Counted from the stretch's first letter, positions 37,874-47,760 are shown. The stretch is DNA of 64,000 bases from a candidate division CPR2 bacterium GW2011_GWC2_39_35 (GCA_000995065.1 LBWX01000001.1:159563-223562); one strand, 5' to 3'. The notes: generated by a model not told the origin, from the letters alone. Numbers and translations are program-made.

Positions 37874-39226
37874 TTACTTCACAAAAGTTAGAGCGACGCC
37901 GCGATTGTTGGCGCGGCCGGTTCGGCCAATTCTATGAATATAGTCGTCAAAGCTTTCGGGGAGATCGTAATTAATAACGTGGGTCACGCCATCAATGTCT
38001 AAGCCTCTAGCGGCTACGTCAGTAGCCACCAAAATATTTAGTTCATCTTGCTTAAACGACCTCAAGGCTCTTTCTCTTTTGTTTTGAGGCTTGTCGCCAT
38101 GAATAGAAGTTGATTTAAACCCTCTAACGGCTAGTTCTCTGGATAACTCCTCAACACCTCTTTTGGTTTTGCCAAAGATCAACACTTTCTCGAATTCTTC
38201 CTGAATCAGAAGTTCATGTAAAACTTCAATTTTCTGCTGGTCCCTTGGTACTTTTACGATATCTTGTTCGACATTATCGGATGTTTGAGACGCCTTAACA
38301 GAAACCGTAATCGGATTTGTAAGGAACGTCTGGATAAGACTGTTTATTCTTGGCGAAATTGTAGCGGAAAAAAACAAGGATTGTCTTTTTTGAGGTAGGT
38401 AAGACATAATTTTCTGAATATCCTCGATAAAACCCATATCTACCATTCTATCTACCTCGTCCAAAACAATATTCTGGAAGCCAGGTAGTCTTAATTTGCC
38501 TCTCTTTATAAGGTCGTTGATTCTGCCCGGCGTTCCAATAACAAATTGGGGTTGTCTTTGGAGGTTAGAGATCTGCCTTCCGATATTAGCACCACCAATA
38601 ACCTGAACCGAAAAGAGTCTCATTCCTCTGGAAAATTCTCTAAACTCGGCGTCAATCTGACTGGCAAGCTCTCTGGTTGGAGTAACAATAAGAACTCTCT
38701 GACTCTTGTCTTTAAAAATCTTATCAATAAGAGGAACTATGAAAGCTCCTGTCTTACCGGTACCGGTACTAGCAATACCAATAACATCTCTACCTTCTAA
38801 AAGATGGGGGATGGATTGATCCTGAATAGGGGTCGGGGTTGTATAATTTTTTTGTTCAATATTTTTCTTTAGCTCTGCCGAGATATCAAAATCAGCAAAC
38901 CGATGTTCTGAAACATATTCTTCGGACTCGCTCACGGGAGCCGCCTTTTTGATATACCTAGAGTAATCTTCGGCCTGCCTAAAATTACCTCTTCGAGGCT
39001 TACTAGACCAATTTTTTCTATAACCGGAACTAGTAAAAGAACTTTGGCTTCTGCTAGCACTTCCATAAGGCACGAAATTACCTCGTGATCCCTGAAAAGT
39101 ACTAGTTTGACCTCCGCTATTATTAGAATTACTTGAAGCAAAATTATATTTGCTTTTTGGTTTAGACGAGTTGAAGCCGCCTTTACCTCTGCCTTTTGAA
39201 ACAGAATTAAAAGATTTTTGATACAT
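37874..39226 (-). CDS. DEAD-box RNA helicase with a low-complexity S/G/R/N-rich N-terminal tail
   Basis: PTPIQ, TGTGKT, PTRELA, TPGR, DEVD, SAT, ARGLD, HRIGRTGR. Confidence 0.96.
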   Translation of the reverse strand: MYQKSFNSVSKGRGKGGFNSSKPKSKYNFASSNSNNSGGQTSTFQGSRGNFVPYGSASRSQSSFTSSGYRKNWSSKPRRGNFRQAEDYSRYIKKAAPVSESEEYVSEHRFADFDISAELKKNIEQKNYTTPTPIQDQSIPHLLEGRDVIGIASTGTGKTGAFIVPLIDKIFKDKSQRVLIVTPTRELASQIDAEFREFSRGMRLFSVQVIGGANIGRQISNLQRQPQFVIGTPGRINDLIKRGKLRLPGFQNIVLDEVDRMVDMGFIEDIQKIMSYLPQKRQSLFFSATISPRINSLIQTFLTNPITVSVKASQTSDNVEQDIVKVPRDQQKIEVLHELLIQEEFEKVLIFGKTKRGVEELSRELAVRGFKSTSIHGDKPQNKRERALRSFKQDELNILVATDVAARGLDIDGVTHVINYDLPESFDDYIHRIGRTGRANNRGVALTFVK

Positions 39227-39410
39227 AACACTCTTTCCTGCCCGCCTTATTTTGGCTGGGCTGTCCGCCTAAGTTTTCTTCAAAAATCTTGACGGATCGT
39301 TCTCGCATACAGCGAACTTAAATTTATTTACGTCGCTAGTATGAAATCCCGAGTATTTGTATTAAACATCCTTTTTAAAAAAGGCTCGCATCCATAAAAA
39401 CAACTTGTTT

Positions 39411-39439
39411 ACTATATCACATAACAATATATTTGTCCA
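39411..39439 (-). promoter_or_regulatory. sigma70 promoter of the DEAD-box gene (long 5' UTR)
   Basis: TGGACA-17 bp-TATAGT with extended TGn. Confidence 0.6.
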
Positions 39440-39521
39440 GTCTTAATTCAAAAATTTGCTGGCAACTGCTAGCATTTTTCCTTACAATTAAATCATAATC
39501 TATAAATAAGCAGGGATAGAA

Positions 39522-39734
39522 ATGAAAGATAACCAAAAACGTTTTTTTATTACATCACTTTTAATATTAGTTGTCATTGTAGCTAGCTACTTTGCTCTTA
39601 AGAATGCGACCGAGAATCAGGAGAAAGAAAGGCAGGATAGGGAACAATTCATCGAAAAAATGAAAAAAGATATTGAAAAAGAAAATAGAGAAAAGGCAGA
39701 GAGCAGCAACTTACATAGCCTAAAGGTCTTATAA
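39522..39734 (+). CDS. Small membrane-anchored protein
   Basis: TM helix plus charged helix; coupled to the next gene. Confidence 0.55.
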   Translation: MKDNQKRFFITSLLILVVIVASYFALKNATENQEKERQDREQFIEKMKKDIEKENREKAESSNLHSLKVL

Positions 39735-39735
39735 G

Positions 39736-40224
39736 ATGAAAAACGACAGCGAAACAACTAAGAGAGTAACCACTCTTTGTACGGTTCTTAAAGATGATCA
39801 GATTCTTTTAGGCTTAAAGAAAAAAGGATTCGGCAAAGGTAAATGGAATGGTTTTGGCGGAAAAGTAGAAAAAGGGGAGAGTGTTTATGAAGCCGCCAAA
39901 CGAGAGTTAGAAGAAGAAATCTGCATAAAGGCTCGCGACATGACTAAGAGAGGCATTATTATTTTTGACGGCATGGACGAAGAAATTATTGAGGTTCACT
40001 TTTTTAGCCTGACAAAATTCGAAGGAACGCCCACCGAAACAAATGAAATGAAGCCAAAATGGTTTAACTTGAGCGACATTCCTGACAACAAAATGTGGCT
40101 AGGTGACCAATACTGGCTGCCAATGTTGCTCGAGGGAAAAAATTTTATAGGTATATTCTATTTCGACGGTCCGGATAAACTAATTGATTATAAACTGGAA
40201 GAAATAATAGACAAAGCTTCTTAA
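39736..40224 (+). CDS. NUDIX hydrolase, MTH1/8-oxo-dGTPase-like
   Basis: GLKKKGFGKGKWNGFGGK, RELEEE, EMKPKWF. Confidence 0.9.
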   Translation: MKNDSETTKRVTTLCTVLKDDQILLGLKKKGFGKGKWNGFGGKVEKGESVYEAAKRELEEEICIKARDMTKRGIIIFDGMDEEIIEVHFFSLTKFEGTPTETNEMKPKWFNLSDIPDNKMWLGDQYWLPMLLEGKNFIGIFYFDGPDKLIDYKLEEIIDKAS

Positions 40225-40423
40225 CCAGACCTTAACCTAACGCATGTCTAAATGGACATGCTGTTTTAAGCATAAGTTTTTCTTGACGTGGTTTAGGATT
40301 TTGACTAAACTATATGCTTGCAAAGAGGATATTCTAGAATTTTAACTGTAAAACAACTTTAACTGTTGCTGTAAATTCCTCCAAAATTTCAAAGGATTAT
40401 TTTCTTTTTTTCATAAAAATATA

Positions 40424-40452
40424 TTGACAAATAAACGAGAATAATGTACAAT
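40424..40452 (+). promoter_or_regulatory. sigma70 promoter
   Basis: TTGACA-17 bp-TACAAT. Confidence 0.65.
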
Positions 40453-40606
40453 ATTGGCTTTGAACGAGATGAAATGTTATAGAAATAGGCACTTTAAAAA
40501 ATAATGATCCCGAAAGTTAGGATTCAAACAAGCATAAGCCACTGTCATTGAAAAGGAGGCAAGAGACGCTACTAAGTACCACGCTCATCGCAATGTATAC
40601 AGTCTA

Positions 40607-40942
40607 TTGGAACAGGAGAATACAGTGTCAGTACTGAATAAAAATAAGAGCATTTTGATGGATCCGTACAGTAACTTGTTTTTGTATGCAAGCGCGCTGG
40701 CAACCACGGACCCCGTGAACAACACAATAAGAAATACTACACAAGTAGCGTTGGAAATTTTGGAAGATCGCAATCTTGACCCAAAAGGTCATGACATCTT
40801 CGAAGGTCCATTTTCGAAGGCGAGAAGAAACAGAAACAACGCCTTCGAAGCTACGATCGTTTATGTAGAAGCATTGGCTTCTCCAACGATCGTCACATAC
40901 GAGATGACAGCAATTGACAACCGCCGCCTCGTATTAGCATAG
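40607..40942 (+). CDS. Hypothetical protein, start uncertain or degraded
   Basis: ORF between a promoter and a long hairpin; the SD at 40553 lacks a matching ATG. Confidence 0.35.
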   Translation: MEQENTVSVLNKNKSILMDPYSNLFLYASALATTDPVNNTIRNTTQVALEILEDRNLDPKGHDIFEGPFSKARRNRNNAFEATIVYVEALASPTIVTYEMTAIDNRRLVLA

Positions 40943-41129
40943 ACAGACAAAAGTCCAGGGGATGATGAGAAGAAAAATAAAAAAGAATTTGCAATCGCAT
41001 ATTGATTGTAGAAAGTTCGTTCTTTCTTTATCTTCTCGTCCCCTGGCAATACCCTTCAAGACACCGTTAAAGCGGGCTTTTTTTATTTATAAAGAAATGT
41101 TATTTTAAACTTAAGAAAGCGGTAAGAAT

Positions 41130-41591
41130 ATGCTCATCAAATTGAAAAATCTAAAACAACTTCAGGACGATAAGACTATTTTTACCTCCGGCGCTTTTGA
41201 TATTTTACATGTCGGACATATCGCTCACTTTAGATACATCAAAGAATGTTGCCCAAATCATAAGTTGGTTGTCGGTGTCCTATCCGATAAGAGAATAAGA
41301 GTTAAAAAAGGAGCAAAGAGGCCAATCATGAGCGAGAGTCAAAGGCTTGCCATGATTGACGCTATAAAATATGTCGATTACTCTTTTATTGTACCGACTA
41401 CAAAAAAGGGGGGAGACAATACCCTAAGAATAGTTAATTTACTAAAACCAGAATACGTAGCCGTGTTACCATACTGGAAAAAAAGAGAAAAAAAACTTAT
41501 AAACACCAATACCAAACTCATAATAAGCAAAATTGGCCCAAGACAATCATCCACAAAAATAATAGAAAAGATTGTAAAGCTTTTTGCCTGA
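41130..41591 (+). CDS. Cytidylyl/adenylyltransferase (TagD/RfaE-II-like)
   Basis: GAFDILHVGH, KG..RPI, SST.II. Confidence 0.88.
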   Translation: MLIKLKNLKQLQDDKTIFTSGAFDILHVGHIAHFRYIKECCPNHKLVVGVLSDKRIRVKKGAKRPIMSESQRLAMIDAIKYVDYSFIVPTTKKGGDNTLRIVNLLKPEYVAVLPYWKKREKKLINTNTKLIISKIGPRQSSTKIIEKIVKLFA

Positions 41592-41625
41592 ACCGCCCTC
41601 ACTTTTAAAATAAAGAACCCATAAT

Positions 41626-41696
41626 CGTCATCCTGAACTTGTTTCATGCCTCCTGTTCTACAACTGGGGAGACTCTGAAACGAGTTCAGAATGACG
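41626..41696. repeat. Palindromic REP/MITE-like element
   Basis: CGTCATCCTGAACTTGTTTCA / TGAAACGAGTTCAGAATGACG, 19/21 IR. Confidence 0.7.
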
Positions 41697-41835
41697 GCGG
41701 TAAGAGTGGTAAAGCTTTTTTGCTAGAAATAACAAACATTAGAGTTTAATTTATCTAAATATTTGGTAAAAGCATAAGGCAAATTATAATCCCAAGGCTT
41801 AAGATGTGTCTAGGATTCTTTAATTTGGAGAACTT

Positions 41836-42273
41836 ATGAATAGAAAAATGACTTTAATCGTAATCGGAGGATTATTTATTCTTGGAGTATTTATTTATAT
41901 AAATAATCTGAAGTCTAAAAAATACCCTGACCTAAATCTTGGTAGTGGAGCCGAAGAACAAGAAAAAACGTCAGCTCCATCAGAGACACCAAGGCATACC
42001 GAAGAACCTAAAACATCTAGAGGAGGCACTACTAAAGTAAAGCTCTCCTTGTCGCCAAATCAAAATACTAAAATTTCGATAACTACAAATGGCGAACTAA
42101 CCTTAAACAACAATGATGGAGAGCAACATTCCATAATTTCAGATCATCCTAAGCTAAATGGCAATGTTATAAATCCTGGCGACTCCCTAAAAGTGGTTTT
42201 TAGCGAAACGGGAGAGTTTGAGTATTACTGCAAGAACCATCCAGAAGAAAATGGCAAGATAATAGTCAAATAA
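41836..42273 (+). CDS. Membrane-anchored cupredoxin-domain protein
   Basis: N.D...H, PG.S....F...G.F.YYC..H. Confidence 0.8.
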   Translation: MNRKMTLIVIGGLFILGVFIYINNLKSKKYPDLNLGSGAEEQEKTSAPSETPRHTEEPKTSRGGTTKVKLSLSPNQNTKISITTNGELTLNNNDGEQHSIISDHPKLNGNVINPGDSLKVVFSETGEFEYYCKNHPEENGKIIVK

Positions 42274-42297
42274 TACTCCCAACCCGTTATAATAGAG

Positions 42298-42576
42298 TTG
42301 TTATCTAGGATCATTTATGAAGAAAGCGCCGCTTTTGTTTTTTTCCAAAACCGACTGGACGCTTATTGTCTTAAGCTTTGCGGTTTCCCTATATTTGTAT
42401 CCTTCGCTTTCAGACATTGGAATATAGAAAGCGAAACCGACGCTTGGGGCCCTAAACTTTATTCTTTAATCTCAATGCCAATTATTGCCACCGTTATTTT
42501 GACTCTGATAGCATATTTACCCAAGCCAAACCCTTTTTATTCTTATCAAGTTTGGAAAAAGGATAAGAAAAAATAA
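42298..42576 (+). pseudogene. DUF1648/SdpI-like fragment
   Basis: HWN....D.WG.K followed by a TM helix; N-terminus degraded. Confidence 0.45.
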
Positions 42577-42648
42577 GCATGTAAATAACATCGGCACCAT
42601 TATTATCATATTTGGCATACTGATTAGGATAATATATAATACTATTCA

Positions 42649-43584
42649 ATGGTAACAGAGGACATTATGAATACAGTAATCAAAGTAGAAAAGCTAGTTA
42701 AAGAGTACAAAGGCCTAACTGCAGTAAAGGGGATTTCTTTTGAGGTTAAAAAGGGCGAAATCTTTGGCTTGCTTGGAGAAAATGGCGCCGGCAAGACCAC
42801 CACTTTGGAAATGATAGAGGGCCTTAGAAAACCTACCTCCGGGGAAATCTCGGTTTTGGGACATAACGTTAGAAATGAGATTTCTGAGATTAAAGAGAGA
42901 ATTGGCGTCCAGCTTCAATCATCAGCTTATTACAACTATCTAACCTTAAAAGAGATTTTAAGCCTCTTTGGAAGTTTTTACACTGAAAGCCTAGACCCGG
43001 ATGATCTTTTAAAAATGGTAGATCTTGAGGAAAAAGCTGGAGCAACCGTAAACAACCTCTCCGGCGGCCAAAAACAAAGGTTTTCTATTGTTGCAAGCTT
43101 AGTGAATGACCCCGAAATTGTCTTCTTAGACGAGCCAACAACCGGCCTGGACCCCATGGCCAGAAGAAATCTTTGGGATATTATTACAAAGATTAAAGCC
43201 AAAGGAAAAACTATTATCCTAACTACTCATTACCTAGAAGAGGCCGAGATGCTTTGCGATAGAATTGCCATCATGGAAAAGGGTGAAATTTTGATGATGG
43301 GCAAAACGCACGAACTTATAGAGAGCACCAAAAATCCCTTCAAAACAACTTTTATCGCCACAAGCCTCTCAAAAGAAACTCTAAAAGAGCTGGAAGGGCT
43401 AGGAGAAGTTAATGAGCTCGCCGGGAAGTCGCACCACTTTGAGATGATGCTAAAGACTCAGGTCAACCTAAATAAAGCTATAAAGATCGTCCAGAAACTA
43501 GAACCCGAAAGTATAACAGTGGGGAGATCTACCTTAGAAGATTTGTTTATAGAATTAACCGGTAAAAGAATAGGTGGGGAATAA
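42649..43584 (+). CDS. ABC exporter ATP-binding subunit
   Basis: GENGAGKT, LSGGQ, LDEPT, H-loop. Confidence 0.95.
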   Translation: MVTEDIMNTVIKVEKLVKEYKGLTAVKGISFEVKKGEIFGLLGENGAGKTTTLEMIEGLRKPTSGEISVLGHNVRNEISEIKERIGVQLQSSAYYNYLTLKEILSLFGSFYTESLDPDDLLKMVDLEEKAGATVNNLSGGQKQRFSIVASLVNDPEIVFLDEPTTGLDPMARRNLWDIITKIKAKGKTIILTTHYLEEAEMLCDRIAIMEKGEILMMGKTHELIESTKNPFKTTFIATSLSKETLKELEGLGEVNELAGKSHHFEMMLKTQVNLNKAIKIVQKLEPESITVGRSTLEDLFIELTGKRIGGE

Positions 43585-43585
43585 T

Positions 43586-44665
43586 ATGAAAAAACTACTA
43601 CTTGCCGATATCAAAATGCTTCTTAGAAGCAAGCAAACTCTTTTTTGGTCTCTTATGTTTCCCCTGATGTTTACTTTTATATTCGGTTCCTTCTTTGGAA
43701 AGGGTAATAACAGCGTCGGAACTGTTGCCTTAATTAACGAGTCAAACACAGAACTGGCTAAAAGTTTTGATAAAGCCGCTAGGGATTCGGGGATATTCAC
43801 AATTAAAGATGATATTAACGTTGAAGAAGCAAAAAAACTAATTGGGAAAGATCAGCTTTCCGGAGCTATAGTTATTCCAAAAGGATTCGGTGAACAAAAG
43901 CCAGATGCTCCAAAAAATATAAAGGTTGTCTACGATCCAGCCGGCCAAGCCGGAAGAACACTCATCGGCTTTACGAACCAATTTTTAACGGCCGCTAATC
44001 TTGAGATCCAACAGGCTAAACCTATATTTTCGGTAGAGGAAGAGAAAACCAACACGAAACAATTTGGATATTTCGACTTTATCCTAATGGGTCTTATCGG
44101 CATGGCCCTAATGAATTCCTCCATTCAAGGAATGTCTATTGCTATGAGCAAATATAGGGAAGACAAAATCTTAAAGCGACTTACTACTACACCGCTAAAG
44201 GTTTGGCATTTTATTGCGGCCGAAGTAACATCTAGGCTTCTAGTAAATGTGATCCAAGTAACACTTATTTTGCTTGTTGGTTTTTATATGTTTGACGCCC
44301 ATATAAACGGAAGTATTTTTCTTATTTATGTTTTAGCGCTGCTTGGCGCTCTACTGTTTCAGTCCATCGGATTTGTTATTGCCGGACTCTCCAAGACAAC
44401 AAATGCAGCCGAAGGCATGTCTACTGCCATCGCCATTCCGATGATGTTTTTATCCGGCGTCTTTTTTCCGATAGATCAGCTGCCTAAATGGCTATATTCT
44501 ATTGTTCAGTATCTACCATTAGCGCCGCTCCTTCGAACAATGAGATCAGTCGCCCTAGAAGACGCTTCGCCATTTGCAAATCCCAGCAATCTTATACTAG
44601 TAATTGTCTGGGTTGTAGCCGCTTTAATAATTGCTGCATACAAATTTCGCTTAGCTGACGAGTAA
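43586..44665 (+). CDS. ABC-2 type permease
   Basis: RE...LKRL..TP, FLSG.FFP...LP.W. Confidence 0.92.
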   Translation: MKKLLLADIKMLLRSKQTLFWSLMFPLMFTFIFGSFFGKGNNSVGTVALINESNTELAKSFDKAARDSGIFTIKDDINVEEAKKLIGKDQLSGAIVIPKGFGEQKPDAPKNIKVVYDPAGQAGRTLIGFTNQFLTAANLEIQQAKPIFSVEEEKTNTKQFGYFDFILMGLIGMALMNSSIQGMSIAMSKYREDKILKRLTTTPLKVWHFIAAEVTSRLLVNVIQVTLILLVGFYMFDAHINGSIFLIYVLALLGALLFQSIGFVIAGLSKTTNAAEGMSTAIAIPMMFLSGVFFPIDQLPKWLYSIVQYLPLAPLLRTMRSVALEDASPFANPSNLILVIVWVVAALIIAAYKFRLADE

Positions 44666-44678
44666 ACAAAAAGAAAAA

Positions 44679-44744
44679 CAGTTTCATTCTTACTGAGACA
44701 TTGTAATAAATTACAATATTAAAGTCTCAGTAAGATAAAAACTG
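44679..44744. terminator. Long bidirectional hairpin
   Basis: TCTTACTGAGAC/GTCTCAGTAAGA 12-bp IR with inner ATTGTAAT/ATTACAAT. Confidence 0.65.
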
Positions 44745-44776
44745 CTTTACTTGTCGTGGGTGGATTTAATAACAGG

Positions 44777-44941
44777 CTACGACAAAGCCACTCCTGTGTG
44801 CCTGATCTTAAAATCGCCATGCTTCCCTTTTCTTTTGATGGCTCTTGCCATAGAAATATTCGTTTCAACAGGTTTTTTTTGAGAGTTTAAGAGGATACAA
44901 TCTCTCTTTGGTTCGCCTATGCCTCGTCTGTCTTTACCCAT
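44777..44941 (-). CDS. 54-aa basic small protein
   Basis: MGKDRRGIGEPKRDCILLNSQKKPVETNISMARAIKRKGKHGDFKIRHTGVALS; GAGGG SD. Confidence 0.5.
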   Translation of the reverse strand: MGKDRRGIGEPKRDCILLNSQKKPVETNISMARAIKRKGKHGDFKIRHTGVALS

Positions 44942-44988
44942 AAAACCATCCCTCTAAGTCCAGAGATTCTTATATTATTAGTTAGTCA

Positions 44989-45171
44989 TCATTGCACGTA
45001 CCCTAAGCTTTTTACTTCTGTTTCGGCTGTCATTTCTTCAAAATGCCAATTGACACAAGATCTAGATCTTCTCTTCGCCTCGTTTTTCGTTATATTAGCC
45101 TTAATTACTCTGCCCGAGCCATTGACCACTTGCCAATTACCTTTTCGTCTACTCCTAGGTTCTCCTGCCAA
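44989..45171 (-). CDS. 60-aa basic small protein
   Basis: GGAGGTG SD before TTG; resembles 44777-44941. Confidence 0.55.
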   Translation of the reverse strand: MAGEPRSRRKGNWQVVNGSGRVIKANITKNEAKRRSRSCVNWHFEEMTAETEVKSLGYVQ

Positions 45172-45430
45172 AACACACCTCCGCTTTCTGCCAATACCGA
45201 CATTACAATTTCTAGCTAAACTGTGTTTGATAAATATGACTTGCTGCGAATTTAAAAGGTGCTCTTTCTCTTTTTTGTAAGTTAAGGGAATTTTAGATCA
45301 TAAGCGGTTTTCAGTCAAGCGAAATATAACCTCAAAACAATTAAAAAAACTACCAGAACCTTTATGCTAAAAAACATGAGCATCGCAATGCTCGTTCTGG
45401 TAGTCCTTCTATCGTCGATTCTTAAATTCC

Positions 45431-45535
45431 TCATTTGCAAGTGATTATGCCCGGTAATGGCAACCATGATCTTTTAAGGATTCGATCCCATTTCTTGCGC
45501 AGTAATTCTATAAGCTCTCTAACTCCGCCCGGCAT
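45431..45535 (-). CDS. 34-aa basic amphipathic peptide
   Basis: MPGGVRELIELLRKKWDRILKRSWLPLPGIITCK; AAGGAGGTG SD; terminator at 45350-45403. Confidence 0.5.
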   Translation of the reverse strand: MPGGVRELIELLRKKWDRILKRSWLPLPGIITCK

Positions 45536-45748
45536 AAAATGTGGCACCTCCTTTAGCAAATATACATTTTTTTGAATCGATCTCCTCAATCCGATTAATC
45601 TATCAAGCCTCCAACAGAAACGGTTTTACTCAAATTTTAAGTTACACTACAACCGATAAGTAGTCAACTTTAAATAAAGTCTATAAAAAACACTCTTTTC
45701 AAAATTTTTCACCTATGTATAATCAACCAAGATAACTTAGGAGAACGT

Positions 45749-46192
45749 ATGAAAATTGGTCTTTTGGTCGTAGGCGTAGCTTTGGTTTTAGGAATGATTT
45801 TCGTCTTCCAAAGCCAGACAAAAAATACAAAAAAAGCTCACAACAACAGCGAAAAAGAGGAGAAAACGGTGTCTAATTACAAAAATGTAAATACTAAAGA
45901 ATTTGATGAACTTTTAAAGGATGGCAACGTCCTAATAGTCGATGTCAGGACTCAAACGGAATATGATTCCGGCCGCATTAGAGATGCTAAATTGATACCG
46001 ATAGATGCATTTGATAAAACGTTGGATAAAGAACCTTTAGCTAAAGGTAAAAAGATTCTTATATATTGTCATAGCGGCAACCGAAGCCGAACTGCCGCCG
46101 CCAGCTTAGTTTTAAGAGGCTATGAGGAAGTCTATAACCTTCAATACGGCATCACGGAATGGGAACAAGCCGGAATGACGGTGGAAAAATAG
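45749..46192 (+). CDS. Membrane-anchored rhodanese
   Basis: DVRT..EY..G.I..A, YCHSGNRS, GI..W. Confidence 0.9.
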   Translation: MKIGLLVVGVALVLGMIFVFQSQTKNTKKAHNNSEKEEKTVSNYKNVNTKEFDELLKDGNVLIVDVRTQTEYDSGRIRDAKLIPIDAFDKTLDKEPLAKGKKILIYCHSGNRSRTAAASLVLRGYEEVYNLQYGITEWEQAGMTVEK

Positions 46193-46366
46193 GCAACTAA
46201 TATCTTATTTTTAATTGACTTAATTGATCTAAAAAATCCCAATTCATACAATGACTAAAAGTTAGAATTAGAAACTTAGACATTAGACATTGATTAGAAA
46301 TTAGTAATTAGAGCAATTAGAAATTCCTATATTCTAAAGCTATGGTTTTGGTTTTAGACTTAGGGC

Positions 46367-46702
46367 TTAGCTTACTCTCTCAAAAGTAATAATCGAGACC
46401 AGGCTTCTGTCGCCGAGATAATTCGGATACTCTCTTTCGAGATACTCTTCGATCTCGTCAATCTTCTCGAAACCAATATCAACCAGGTCTTCTTTTTTTA
46501 GTTCCTCGGAGCGCTTAACTATCACTTCTAAAACCTGAAGAGAGCCAACTTTATCCCTCGAAATATCATCTAGCAGATCAGTTGTAGCGCACATCTCGCA
46601 AACTCGATAACCCTTTTTAATAACTGTCATCTGGTCGCCAACTTTTAAGTTCGCCGGATTTTTAATACCAATTCCATAATTAAATTCAACCTTTTGGGCC
46701 AT
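46367..46702 (-). CDS. Hypothetical protein (ASCH/PUA-like possible)
   Basis: EL..ED....GF......YL...Y.......V..I.F pattern. Confidence 0.55.
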   Translation of the reverse strand: MAQKVEFNYGIGIKNPANLKVGDQMTVIKKGYRVCEMCATTDLLDDISRDKVGSLQVLEVIVKRSEELKKEDLVDIGFEKIDEIEEYLEREYPNYLGDRSLVSIITFERVS

Positions 46703-46888
46703 TTTTACTCCTGTTACTAGGAATTAATTTATCACTCAACGGTTGCCAATGCAAGAGTTCGAATTTTCTTAAAGCAAGAACTCCTCCAAAAAAATCTATA
46801 TTTTAAACACTTTTTTTATTACTAAACAATGAGGCATCAAAAAAACAATCATACTAAAATAAAAGAAGCGTAAATAAAGGCAACATAA

Positions 46889-47077
46889 ATGATTTCTTCT
46901 TCAGAAATTGCTGGAATTTTAGAAAGAACAGATTTTCCAAAATCAAGGAGCGAGATTATTAAAATTGCAAAAGACAAAAAAGCAAGCAATGAAATAATAA
47001 ACGTTCTAAATACCTTGCCGAACAAACAGTATAATTCACTGGCAGGCATTTGGGACGCAATAGGGGAGGTAGAATAA
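46889..47077 (+). CDS. DUF2795-like protein
   Basis: DFP.S...II..A....A...I...L..LP...Y.S. Confidence 0.65.
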   Translation: MISSSEIAGILERTDFPKSRSEIIKIAKDKKASNEIINVLNTLPNKQYNSLAGIWDAIGEVE

Positions 47078-47412
47078 TGGCTGAAAAAGTGCTTAAAAAA
47101 GAAGAGTGGAAAGAATATCTATCGGATTTTTCATCCAACTACCAAACTCGTTATTCAACCTTGAGCGTAGAGGAGCCAGGATTAGAGGAAACCGTCATTT
47201 TCGAAGCCTTGCCGCTAATAGCTATTGAACCGGACCTAAAAAATCGAACGCCCCATATCGAAATAATCGCAGGCGACCTAGCCGGAGAAAATCCGGATAA
47301 TATTACTCATACGATTAATAATCCTCAGGAAATAACGGTTGATGAAAATGATGGAGTGGAAAATATCATTATAATAACGGAAGAGGGAAGAATTACATTA
47401 GAAATTATTTAG
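47077..47412 (+). CDS. DUF5335-like protein
   Basis: W..YL..FS, PL..I, THTI..P; ATG at 47077 with GGAGG SD. Confidence 0.7.
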   Translation: MAEKVLKKEEWKEYLSDFSSNYQTRYSTLSVEEPGLEETVIFEALPLIAIEPDLKNRTPHIEIIAGDLAGENPDNITHTINNPQEITVDENDGVENIIIITEEGRITLEII

Positions 47413-47428
47413 AAAGGGGGTGAAAAAT

Positions 47429-47689
47429 ATGTTAAATCTTCTTGCTTGGATGTTGCTTGGCTTAATTGCCGGCTGGATTGCTGACTTGATTGTTCCGGGA
47501 GAGGCTCCTGGTGGACTCATTGGAACAATAATTATCGGTATCGTCGGTGCTGTGCTTGGCGGCTTTATCTTTCAGGCCCTAGGAGGGCCCGGCATAACTG
47601 GACCATTAAGTCTAACAAGCATTCTTGTGGCTGCGCTTGGTGCAATAATCCTGCTCTTTATCGTAAGATACTTTACAAAAGCAACGTAA
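47429..47689 (+). CDS. GlsB/YeaQ/YmgE stress-response membrane protein
   Basis: GLIAGWIA..I.PG...G....I..G.VGA..GG. Confidence 0.88.
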   Translation: MLNLLAWMLLGLIAGWIADLIVPGEAPGGLIGTIIIGIVGAVLGGFIFQALGGPGITGPLSLTSILVAALGAIILLFIVRYFTKAT

Positions 47690-47760
47690 AGTATAAGAAA
47701 AGAAAGTGCTCCGCAGATTCCGATGTGGGGCACTTTGATAATAACTAATGAATAAAAAAT

